A DNA stretch of 18,704 nucleotides, taken from NCBI GenBank assembly GCA_003221005.1, contig QHTZ01000105.1:1-18704 (forward strand). The letters run 5' to 3'. Both the position numbers and the translations under genes were made by a program. Under the pieces are notes generated by a model. It saw only the letters and a program-made list of their open reading frames with translations, searched no databases and was not told the origin of the DNA. The first letter of the stretch is position 1. The number at the start of each line of letters is the position of its first letter. The stretch is from Gemmatimonadota bacterium. GTDB lineage: Bacteria > Gemmatimonadota > Gemmatimonadetes > Gemmatimonadales > GWC2-71-9. Shown piece by piece: positions 7,931-15,464 of this stretch.

Positions 7931-10785
7931 TAGTTAAACCCGAAGAAGAAGTCCACGAACTTGCTCCCGGTGCTGTTCGCGGGGAGGGCGTATCCGCTCT
8001 CGTTGCCAGAGTGAAACCGGTATCCCAGGTCGAGGCGCAGCACCAGCGGTGGGCCCACGGGCATTCGCAGGCCCAACCCCGCGCTGCCGACCGTGCCGCG
8101 ATCGACGGTCGCGGCGCTCCAGGCGCGGCCGGCGTCCAGGAACAGCGCGCCCTGGACGCCCGGAAACCGCGCCACGCCGAACGGGAAGCCAATCGACAGG
8201 AAGTCGGTGATCGGGAAGCGCCATTCAGTGTTGACGAGCCACGCCCGCGTGCCGGCGATGTAGCCGTAGATCGGATAACCGCGCAGCGCCCACGGCCCGC
8301 CGACGTTCACGGGTCGCGGCCGGTCGCCGCCGGCGTAGTACGCGAAGCCGCGCACCGCCAAGGCGCTGCGCAAGGACGTGCGGAAGTAGCGCCGCCAGTC
8401 GCCCGCGACCACCCAGGTGTCGAACCGGCCGTGGCTGATGTCGTTCACCAAGCCGCCCGTGAGGTTGTAGCGCTCGCCATCGATCGGACCGGTGGCGAGC
8501 CAGAGCGTGTTGTCTTTGACGTAGCTGACGTAGTTGGACGCGAGCCACCCCACGCGATGCAGGTCGGTGAGCCCGCTGTTGAAGTAGTCCGCCCGGGAGA
8601 TGTCGAAGCGGTCGGAGTGCTCGAGGCTGTACTCCGCCTCGATCCGGCGGAAGCGCGACAACGGATAGCGGATCTCGGCGACGACGCCGGCCGAGGTCTC
8701 CTGAAACACGGTGCTCAAATCGCCCTCGAAGAACAAACCGCGCAGCCGAAACGCCCCGACGCCCCAGTTGACGCGGTGCGCTTGGTTCAAGTAGAAGACG
8801 GAGCCATTGACGTTCTCGAGCAGGTTGCCGAGCCCCTGCCCTTGGAACGACGACAGTGTGAAGAACAGGTCGTGATCTCCGAGCATGTCGCTGAGCAGGA
8901 ACACGGCGCCCTGGGCCGACCCGAGCCCCGGCGCCACGAGGGCATCGCCGGCCGCGAAGTCGAGGGTGTACTTCCGCCCGTAGGGTGACGCATCGGTGCG
9001 CGCGTACTGCGGGCTCGACAGCTCAGCCCAGGTCCAGGTCGGGGGCGCGCGGTCCTGGGCACTCGCGAGCGCGACGTGGGGGGCGCTCGCATCGCCCGCC
9101 GGGGACGATGGCGCCGCGTAGATGTTGAAACTCAGGTCGGCAAAGCCGCCGAACACGACCTCGTGCTGGCTCTCCACCCACTCCGGGTCGAACGCCCCGT
9201 TGAGGGTGTTGGTCTCGCGGCGCCCGGCGCCGGTCGAGTCCACCGAGTAGAGCTGGAACAGTCCATCGCGGTCCGAGGAGAAGTAGATCAGGCCGGACGT
9301 GGCGGACCACCGCGGCTGGTCGTCGTGCCACTTGCCATACGTGAGATAGCTGATCGCGCCCGTGCGCAGGTCGAGCTTGAACAGGTTGCGTGCGCCCTCG
9401 TGCCCGAACGCGGTCCGGTCGGAGCAGAAGACGACGGTGTTGCCGTCCGGGCTGAACGTCGGGTCGATGTCCTGGTAGCGGTCCGACGTCAGGCGCTCGA
9501 GCCGGCCGTCGCTCAGCCAAAGGCGGTACAGGTCAGAGTACCCGGAGACCGCCAGGCCCGAGAAGACGACGCTCCGGCCGTCCGGGGCCCACGCCGGCGA
9601 CAGGATGGAGACAAGCTCGGGGAACTCGTACCGCCCCACCACCTTGTGCTGGGCGAGGTTCCAGAAGAACAGCGCGTCCCGGTCCAGGTACTTGCTGCTG
9701 AGCACCACCACCCCGCCGGGCGACACATCCATGCGCGACTCGAAGAAGTGGAACGACTCGAACTGGTCGGTCCGCTCCCCTTTGACCACCACGCGGCGCC
9801 GCCCACCGGTCAGGCGTTGCGAGTAGATGTCGGTGTAGCCGCTCGAGGGCGAGAAGTACAGGACCGCATCGGTCGAGTCGCCGGGGAAGCGATATACGAC
9901 GGGCTTGATGGCGAGCTTGGTCAGGAGCCGCGCCCGGATCGCGAGCGGCTCCCCCGTGGCGACCACCGGGTAGTAGCGTTGCCGCATCCAGAACTGCCAC
10001 TCCTCCGACAGCTGCTGCAGCGGCCGCCCGTACACCGCCCGGACCTCTTCCTCAAAGGTCGCATACTTCCATAGGTCCTGGTACATCGCGTCGATCCGCC
10101 ATTCCCCGTAGGTCTGGGCGAGGAAGCGATGGACGCTCGACCCCAACGGATAGATAATCGCGCCGTAGGCCTCCGCGAGGTCGCCCAGCGCTGGCAGCCG
10201 CCCGGATACCGTCATGTCGCGCAGGAACATCTGGTCCCGCGTATCCTCGCCCGCCGACCAGAACTCGGCCAATCCCTCGGTCCACCACAGCGGGAACGAC
10301 ACGTGGTGAATCCGCGGGTAACGCCGCAACGCTTCGCCGGCGACGCCGAGCTGGAAGACGTGGACCAGCTCGTGGCGGATCGTGTGACGGAAGTCGTGGT
10401 AGCTCCCGTTGAAGGGCAGCGCCACCCGCTGCTTCAGAAACTCCGTGACACCCAGCAGGCCTTCCGGCGGCACGAACGGGAGGACGTTGGTCTGCTCGAA
10501 GTCGGTATGCGACGCGTAAATGATCAGCGGAATGCGACGCGAGACGTGGTGATTGAAGCGCTGCTGCAGGACCTCGAAGCTCGCTTCGGCGTAGGCCAGC
10601 GCGACCCGCCCGAGCTCCTCTTCTTCCGGATAGTAGTAGAGGTCCACATGCTCGCCGCGCAGCATGTGCCAATCGAAGCCCCGGTACTGGATCTTGTTCT
10701 GACCGAAGGCACCGAGCTGTGCCGCCGCGACGCCGGGCAAGAGCGCGACCGCGAGCACCGTCCGCCACAGATGACCGACGGTCAC
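7927..10785 (-). CDS. Omp85-family outer-membrane protein: signal peptide + MA-clan zinc-peptidase-like domain + PD40/TolB-like beta-propeller + BamA/TamA-type barrel (952 aa)
   Basis: Signal peptide ...PGVAAA|Q is followed by FGQNKIQY and HELVH (10374-10360) ...PLWWTEGLAEF. PD40 repeats SPAWAPDGRSVVF, DPTFSPDGNTVVFCSDR and QPRWSATSGLIYFSSDR follow. Barrel motifs are LRGY and LFLDAG, with terminal beta-signal FFFGFNY. GTG start overlaps the upstream TGA. Confidence 0.88.
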   Translation of the reverse strand: MTVGHLWRTVLAVALLPGVAAAQLGAFGQNKIQYRGFDWHMLRGEHVDLYYYPEEEELGRVALAYAEASFEVLQQRFNHHVSRRIPLIIYASHTDFEQTNVLPFVPPEGLLGVTEFLKQRVALPFNGSYHDFRHTIRHELVHVFQLGVAGEALRRYPRIHHVSFPLWWTEGLAEFWSAGEDTRDQMFLRDMTVSGRLPALGDLAEAYGAIIYPLGSSVHRFLAQTYGEWRIDAMYQDLWKYATFEEEVRAVYGRPLQQLSEEWQFWMRQRYYPVVATGEPLAIRARLLTKLAIKPVVYRFPGDSTDAVLYFSPSSGYTDIYSQRLTGGRRRVVVKGERTDQFESFHFFESRMDVSPGGVVVLSSKYLDRDALFFWNLAQHKVVGRYEFPELVSILSPAWAPDGRSVVFSGLAVSGYSDLYRLWLSDGRLERLTSDRYQDIDPTFSPDGNTVVFCSDRTAFGHEGARNLFKLDLRTGAISYLTYGKWHDDQPRWSATSGLIYFSSDRDGLFQLYSVDSTGAGRRETNTLNGAFDPEWVESQHEVVFGGFADLSFNIYAAPSSPAGDASAPHVALASAQDRAPPTWTWAELSSPQYARTDASPYGRKYTLDFAAGDALVAPGLGSAQGAVFLLSDMLGDHDLFFTLSSFQGQGLGNLLENVNGSVFYLNQAHRVNWGVGAFRLRGLFFEGDLSTVFQETSAGVVAEIRYPLSRFRRIEAEYSLEHSDRFDISRADYFNSGLTDLHRVGWLASNYVSYVKDNTLWLATGPIDGERYNLTGGLVNDISHGRFDTWVVAGDWRRYFRTSLRSALAVRGFAYYAGGDRPRPVNVGGPWALRGYPIYGYIAGTRAWLVNTEWRFPITDFLSIGFPFGVARFPGVQGALFLDAGRAWSAATVDRGTVGSAGLGLRMPVGPPLVLRLDLGYRFHSGNESGYALPANSTGSKFVDFFFGFNY

Positions 10786-12842
10786 CGGTGAATGCTCCGG
10801 ATGCGGTCGCCCTGCGCGAGCGCCGCAAGCACGGGCGCTCCCGCGACAACCCGCCCGAATACGGTGTAGGTGCCGTCGAGGTGGGGCTGTGGGGAGTGGG
10901 TGATGAAAAACTGGCTTCCGCCCGTGTCGGGGCCTGACAGCGCCATGCCCATCGTACCCGTCTCATAGCGGGTGGGATTCAGCTCGTCGCGCAGCACGAA
11001 CCCCGGACCACCCCACCCGTCGCCCCGGGGATCGCCGTCCTGAATCACGAAGTTGGGGACGACGCGGTGCCAGCGCGATCCATCAAAGTACCGCCGATCC
11101 ACCAGCGTCAGGAAGGCCGCGACCGTGAGGGGCGCTTCACCGGCGAGCAGATCCACCACCAGGCTGCCGCGGTCGGTCTCGATCGTCACCCGTGGGAGCG
11201 GCTGGCCGGTGAGCGCGGGGACGAGGTAACGCCGCACCACGTCCCGGTAGTCGGCCTCCGTGCGCCCCGTGGCGATCGGCGCGGCCGGCCCCCACTGCTG
11301 CGCAGCGTCGCCGAGGCCGTTCGCCGCGAGCCGGCGGACCAGATAGTCGTCGGGCCGGGGGACGGTCGCGACGAAGCGCGTCGCGACCTGAAGGCGTCCC
11401 TCGGCGCTCGCACGGGCAATCGCGGCGAGCGCGGCGACCGCCGACAGCCGCGCGTCGTCGAACGGATCGCCGGCCGCGCGCGCGTACGCGCGTACCAACC
11501 GATCGATGTCTCCCACCGCCGCACGGCGCGCGAGCAGATCCGCGGCGACGCTGCGCACCGCCGGGTCGGCAGCTTCGAGCAGCGCGCGGGCGCGGCTCAG
11601 AGCGGCCGTGTCCTCAGGGGGGACGATCCGGCCCAAGGTCTGGAGGGCCTGCGCCACGACCCGGCCGTCAGGGTCAGAGAGCTGCGCCTGGAGCCTGGTG
11701 CGGTCCTGCGCCGCCCCGAACGCCTCGGCGGCGACACTCCGCCAGTTCCAGTCGGCCTCGGCGAGCAGCGCGTCCGCAGCCCGCACGCCCGCGGCGCTGT
11801 CGGCCTGGGCAAGCGCGATCACCGCCTGACGCCGCAGCGCGAATGCCGCGGCCTGCACCCGGCCCTCGAGCGCCGCCACACTCGCGCTCCCGCCCAGCAC
11901 GCCCAGCGTTGTTTCTGCCTGGACGGCCACGTTCACCAGGGGATCGTTCAGTAGCGGGATCACTGCCTGCGCGAGGCCGCTGTCGTGGAACGAGGTGAGG
12001 GCGCGCAGCGCGTTGACCCGCACGGCGGGGTTTGTGTCCGAAAGGAGCGGCCGAAGCTGGTCCGCCACGCCCCGCCACGCGACGTGCGCGCTGTCGAGGA
12101 GCTGGCGCGTGATACCCCGAGCGGCGCTGGCGCGCACCCGCGGATCGGGATCCTGGAGGCCGCTTACCAACAGCGGGGCGCCCTGCCGCACCCGCAACCG
12201 TCCGAGCGAGTAGAGCGCGCGCCAGCGCACCGTCGGATCGACATCGTCCACATACCCGGCGACGGCGCTGACGGGCGCCCGCTCGCCCAGGCGCCAGGCC
12301 TCGAGCAGCGCCGCCTTGCGCGCCGGTGGGGTCACGACGCCCGGCGTGTAGCCGTTACCGAGAATTTCACGCAGGTCGGCCGCCGCGAGCGCGCCCCCGA
12401 TCCGGGCGAGCGCGGTGGCACCCTCGATCTGCGGAACGCCTTGTGCTGCCTCCGGAACGGCACGCACCAGGGCAAGCAGCGGCCCGACAGCGCGCGGGTC
12501 CTTGAGCAAGCCGAGGGCGAACGCGGCCGCCGCTTGCACGCCGGGGCTCGAATCCGAGAGCGCGGGAATGAGGAGCTCGACCGCAGCCGGGTCGCCGATC
12601 CGCCCCGCGACGAGCGCCGCCTGGCGCCGCACCCGCTCGTCCGCGTCCCGCAACCCCGTGCTCACGAGCGCCGCGTCGAAGTTGCGCGCGTCGGCTGCTG
12701 CGAGCAGGTGGGCCAGCTCGCCGATCTGCGCCTCGTCCAGTTGCTGAGCCGCCAGGGGCGTGCCCGGGACGGCGGCCCACCAGAACAGCGCGGCGCTACA
12801 GGCGCACCGGATCCGGAATCGGCGTGAGCAGCTTGCTGACAT
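10782..12842 (-). CDS. Exported HEAT-repeat protein with C-terminal cyclophilin-type peptidyl-prolyl isomerase (start 12842 or 12872)
   Basis: Signal-like N-terminus ends ...TPLAA|QQ. Tandem HEAT_2-like units include LRDADERVRRQAALVAGRIG, LSDSSPGVQAAAAFALG, DPTVRWRALYSLG and DPDPRVRASAA. Cyclophilin motifs HRVVPNFVIQDGDP, GGPGF and GGSQFFITHSPQPHLDGTYTVFGRV follow. Confidence 0.9.
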   Translation of the reverse strand: MSASCSRRFRIRCACSAALFWWAAVPGTPLAAQQLDEAQIGELAHLLAAADARNFDAALVSTGLRDADERVRRQAALVAGRIGDPAAVELLIPALSDSSPGVQAAAAFALGLLKDPRAVGPLLALVRAVPEAAQGVPQIEGATALARIGGALAAADLREILGNGYTPGVVTPPARKAALLEAWRLGERAPVSAVAGYVDDVDPTVRWRALYSLGRLRVRQGAPLLVSGLQDPDPRVRASAARGITRQLLDSAHVAWRGVADQLRPLLSDTNPAVRVNALRALTSFHDSGLAQAVIPLLNDPLVNVAVQAETTLGVLGGSASVAALEGRVQAAAFALRRQAVIALAQADSAAGVRAADALLAEADWNWRSVAAEAFGAAQDRTRLQAQLSDPDGRVVAQALQTLGRIVPPEDTAALSRARALLEAADPAVRSVAADLLARRAAVGDIDRLVRAYARAAGDPFDDARLSAVAALAAIARASAEGRLQVATRFVATVPRPDDYLVRRLAANGLGDAAQQWGPAAPIATGRTEADYRDVVRRYLVPALTGQPLPRVTIETDRGSLVVDLLAGEAPLTVAAFLTLVDRRYFDGSRWHRVVPNFVIQDGDPRGDGWGGPGFVLRDELNPTRYETGTMGMALSGPDTGGSQFFITHSPQPHLDGTYTVFGRVVAGAPVLAALAQGDRIRSIHR

Positions 12843-13209
12843 GCTCGGGAATCCGCGTGAGAGTGTGCTCATGGGTGAGCGAGAGTAGTGCCGTTTCGCC
12901 GGTGGCGAGCAGGTCTCCCGTCCCGGCGCGCTCGACGGCATAGCCGAAGGTCACGCGACGCGACGCCAGCTCGCGTACCCAGCAGCGGACCTGCACGAGG
13001 TCGTCGTAGCGGGCGGGGGCGCGGTAGCGGACCTTCACCTCCGACACAGCGAGGTACACGCCCTGTTGCTCCAGCTCACGATATGTCAGCCCCGTTTCGC
13101 GCATCAGCTCCGTGCGGGCGCGGTCGAACCAGATGAGGTAGTTCGCGTGATAGACCACGCCCATCTGGTCGGTCTCGGAGTAGTTGACGCGCAGGGTAAT
13201 CGTGCCCAT
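12796..13209 (-). CDS. YbgC/FadM-family acyl-CoA thioesterase (hotdog fold, 137 aa)
   Basis: Motifs LRVNYSETDQMGVVYHANYLIWFDRARTE and VRYRAPARYDD are present. Start ATG 13209. Confidence 0.92.
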   Translation of the reverse strand: MGTITLRVNYSETDQMGVVYHANYLIWFDRARTELMRETGLTYRELEQQGVYLAVSEVKVRYRAPARYDDLVQVRCWVRELASRRVTFGYAVERAGTGDLLATGETALLSLTHEHTLTRIPEHVSKLLTPIPDPVRL

Positions 13210-13220
13210 GACGCCGGGGC

Positions 13221-13249
13221 AAAATCCGCGTCGCGTTCCCAAAAGTCAA
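13221..13249 (-). promoter_or_regulatory. Putative sigma70 promoter of the 9-gene operon
   Basis: TTGACT (13249-13244), 17-nt spacer, GATTTT (13226-13221), then 11 nt to ATG 13209, in an AT-richer patch. The -10 is a weak match. Confidence 0.45.
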
Positions 13250-13262
13250 ATACGACAGGCGC

Positions 13263-13291
13263 TTGCGGGCCCTCCCATGGGTTCCTAGCTT
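13263..13291 (+). promoter_or_regulatory. Putative sigma70 promoter of lpxH (leaderless geometry)
   Basis: TTGCGG (13263-13268), 17-nt spacer, TAGCTT (13286-13291), 6 nt, GTG 13298. No SD is present. Confidence 0.5.
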
Positions 13292-13297
13292 GGGGCC

Positions 13298-14047
13298 GTG
13301 CCTCCTCTGCCCTCCCGCGTTGTGGTGGTCGCAGACGCCCATTTGGGTCAGGCCGCCCCCGCCGTAGAGGCGGCATTCCACGCGTTCCTCGCGGCCATCC
13401 CCGACCTCGGCGACGCGCTGCTGATCAACGGCGACCTGTTCGACTTCTGGTTCGAGTATGGCCGCGTGATCCCGCGGCGCCACTTCGCGACCGTGGCTCG
13501 GCTGCACGACGTCTGCCGCCGCGGCATCCCGGTCACGCTCGTTGGCGGTAACCACGACCGCTGGGGCGGCGAGTTCCTGACCAAGGATCTCGGCATCGCC
13601 TTCTATGCCGGCGAGGCGGAGCTCAACGTGGCGGGGCGCCCGACGTTCGCGGCGCACGGCGACGGGCTGACGGAGCAGCACTGGGCGGCGAAAGTGATGC
13701 ACCGGGTGACACGCCACCCGCTCACGATCCGCCTGTTCCGCTCACTGCACCCGGACCTGGGGTTTTGGATCGCCGATAAGCTGTCAGGGCGCCTGGCGGA
13801 CAACACGCGCGATCGCGCCGTGCTCGATCGGGCCGCGCGGGCGCAGGTCCAATACGCCAAGGACTTCCTGGCGCGCCGCCCCGACCTCGAGCTCGTGATC
13901 CTCGGCCATACGCACCGGCCCGCGCTCGAGCAATTTCCCGACGGCCGCGCCTACCTCAACCCGGGAGCGTGGCTCGACGGGTATCGCTATGCGGTCGTGA
14001 CGCGGGATCGGATCGAAATGCGGAGCTTCGAGCCCCATTCATCTTAG
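13298..14047 (+). CDS. lpxH: UDP-2,3-diacylglucosamine diphosphatase (calcineurin-like metallophosphoesterase, 249 aa)
   Basis: Motifs ADAHLG, GDLFDFWFEY, GNHDRW, AHGDGL, ILGHTH and YLNPGAW are all present. Confidence 0.85.
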   Translation: MPPLPSRVVVVADAHLGQAAPAVEAAFHAFLAAIPDLGDALLINGDLFDFWFEYGRVIPRRHFATVARLHDVCRRGIPVTLVGGNHDRWGGEFLTKDLGIAFYAGEAELNVAGRPTFAAHGDGLTEQHWAAKVMHRVTRHPLTIRLFRSLHPDLGFWIADKLSGRLADNTRDRAVLDRAARAQVQYAKDFLARRPDLELVILGHTHRPALEQFPDGRAYLNPGAWLDGYRYAVVTRDRIEMRSFEPHSS

Positions 14048-14536
14048 CGGCACACTCACCCCGATCCGCCCCGGTCCCACCTCGAGCTTCAGCTCCTTCG
14101 GGAAATCCTGCAGATGCGCCGCCACGAATGCATCCGCGCCCGCGAAGAGGTGGTTGAAGATCCAGAGCACCACCCAGTCCTGCACCTGCTGGCGCTTTCC
14201 GCCGATGCTCTCGGAATGGGACTGCCTCATGTAGCGCTCCTCCTGCACCGCGCGCAGAGTCATCATCATCGTGACGCCTTCCCAGATCACGAACATGGCT
14301 CCCGCCACGTGATGCCCCGTCGCCGCCTGACCCCATCCCGGGAGCAGGAGCGAGCGCCATGTCGCGGCGCCGGGCTTCATGAACCGGGACGTGTCGGGAG
14401 TTGTCGCCACAGGCGTCGCTGGGGTCGTGTCGCGGACCTGGGCGGTCAGGCGGGTAAGCGGGTGGGCAGTTAGCAAGAACCCAAGTAACACCGCACGGCT
14501 AGCCGCCTGACGGATAACCCGACCCGCCCCCGTCAT
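14039..14536 (-). CDS. DUF5683-like membrane/exported protein (165 aa)
   Basis: ATG 14536 overlaps the kinase TGA (ATGA). Signal peptide ends ...RLTA|Q, followed by AATWRSLLLPGWGQ and ...ADAFVAAHLQDF, the DUF5683 pattern. Confidence 0.65.
   Translation of the reverse strand: MTGAGRVIRQAASRAVLLGFLLTAHPLTRLTAQVRDTTPATPVATTPDTSRFMKPGAATWRSLLLPGWGQAATGHHVAGAMFVIWEGVTMMMTLRAVQEERYMRQSHSESIGGKRQQVQDWVVLWIFNHLFAGADAFVAAHLQDFPKELKLEVGPGRIGVSVPLR
14441..14472. repeat. Degenerate 8-bp tandem repeat (4 units) inside a signal-peptide coding region
   Basis: GGCGGTCA GGCGGGTA AGCGGGTG GGCAGTTA on the + strand. Confidence 0.45.
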
Positions 14537-15426
14537 CCCGCCACCAAGACGTTCAGACGTCCCGGCTCCACTCGGACGCTGCACTGCCGCTGCTCGAGCG
14601 CGCGCAGCTCGCCGTCCAAGTGCAGCAGCAGCGGTGCGTCCGGAGTGTGCAGCACGACCTCACGCGTGCGAAACAGCTTGATCTCCTTCATGCCGAGATG
14701 GGTACCACGCATCACGCGCGGCACGGCGCCGAGGAAGCGCAACAACGAAACGCGCCGCACGAGACACACGTCGAAGTAGCCGTCGGCGGGATCCGCGCCC
14801 GGGGCAAACCGGTAGGCTCCCCCCGCCGTGGTGCCGTTGCAGACTTCGACCATCATGACGTACCCCCGCTCGCGCCATTCGGCCGACGAGATCTCACAGA
14901 GCGGCGCCCGGTACCCAAAGAACGCCCTGGGCAGCGGGACCACATACGACCACAGTCCCTTCAGGCCGGGCATCGCGTTCCGCACCCTGACGACCTCGGG
15001 CCCGAAGCCGAGCCCCATGCTGTTGACGAAGTACTCGTCGCCGACGCGGCCAACATCGAAGCGTCGCGCGCGGGCGGCGGCGAGCTGCGCGACTGCCCGC
15101 AGCGGTGCATGCCGCGCCACTCCGACTAGCTTCGCGAAATCGTTGCCGGTACCGACCGGAACGACACCGAGCTGGGCGGCCGCACGTTGGCGCAGCATCC
15201 CGTTCGCGACCTCGTGCACGGTGCCGTCACCGCCGACGGCGACGATGCGGCGAACGCCGTCTTCCGCCGCCCGCGCCGCGAGCTCGCGGGCGTGCCCCGG
15301 TCCCTCGGTCCGAGCGAGCTCGACCGACCACCCTTGCGTGCGGAACGCGCGGATGACGGAGTCTTCGAGGCGGCGCCCCGCGCCGCCCCCTGCCGCGGGG
15401 TTGAGGATGACGTGCGCGTGAATCAA
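14533..15426 (-). CDS. Diacylglycerol-kinase-family lipid kinase (YegS/DagK/BmrU-like, 297 aa)
   Basis: Motifs ILNPAAG, AVGGDGTVHEVANG, VPVGTGNDFA, FDVGRV, CNGTTAGG and LHLDGE are present. Start TTG 15426. Confidence 0.92.
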   Translation of the reverse strand: MIHAHVILNPAAGGGAGRRLEDSVIRAFRTQGWSVELARTEGPGHARELAARAAEDGVRRIVAVGGDGTVHEVANGMLRQRAAAQLGVVPVGTGNDFAKLVGVARHAPLRAVAQLAAARARRFDVGRVGDEYFVNSMGLGFGPEVVRVRNAMPGLKGLWSYVVPLPRAFFGYRAPLCEISSAEWRERGYVMMVEVCNGTTAGGAYRFAPGADPADGYFDVCLVRRVSLLRFLGAVPRVMRGTHLGMKEIKLFRTREVVLHTPDAPLLLHLDGELRALEQRQCSVRVEPGRLNVLVAG

Positions 15427-15434
15427 TAGGGACT

Positions 15435-15462
15435 ACAGTAAGGGGAAGGCCTGAAGGGGCAA
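15435..15462 (-). promoter_or_regulatory. Possible internal sigma70 promoter of the lipid kinase gene
   Basis: TTGCCC, 16-nt spacer, TACTGT, 8 nt, TTG start, within a 38-bp intergenic gap lacking an SD. Confidence 0.35.
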
Positions 15463-15464
15463 GG

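Noticed and set aside
14039-14047. 9-bp convergent overlap of lpxH and DUF5683-like 3' ends
   Set aside because: Common in compact high-GC genomes, with no further evidence of regulation.
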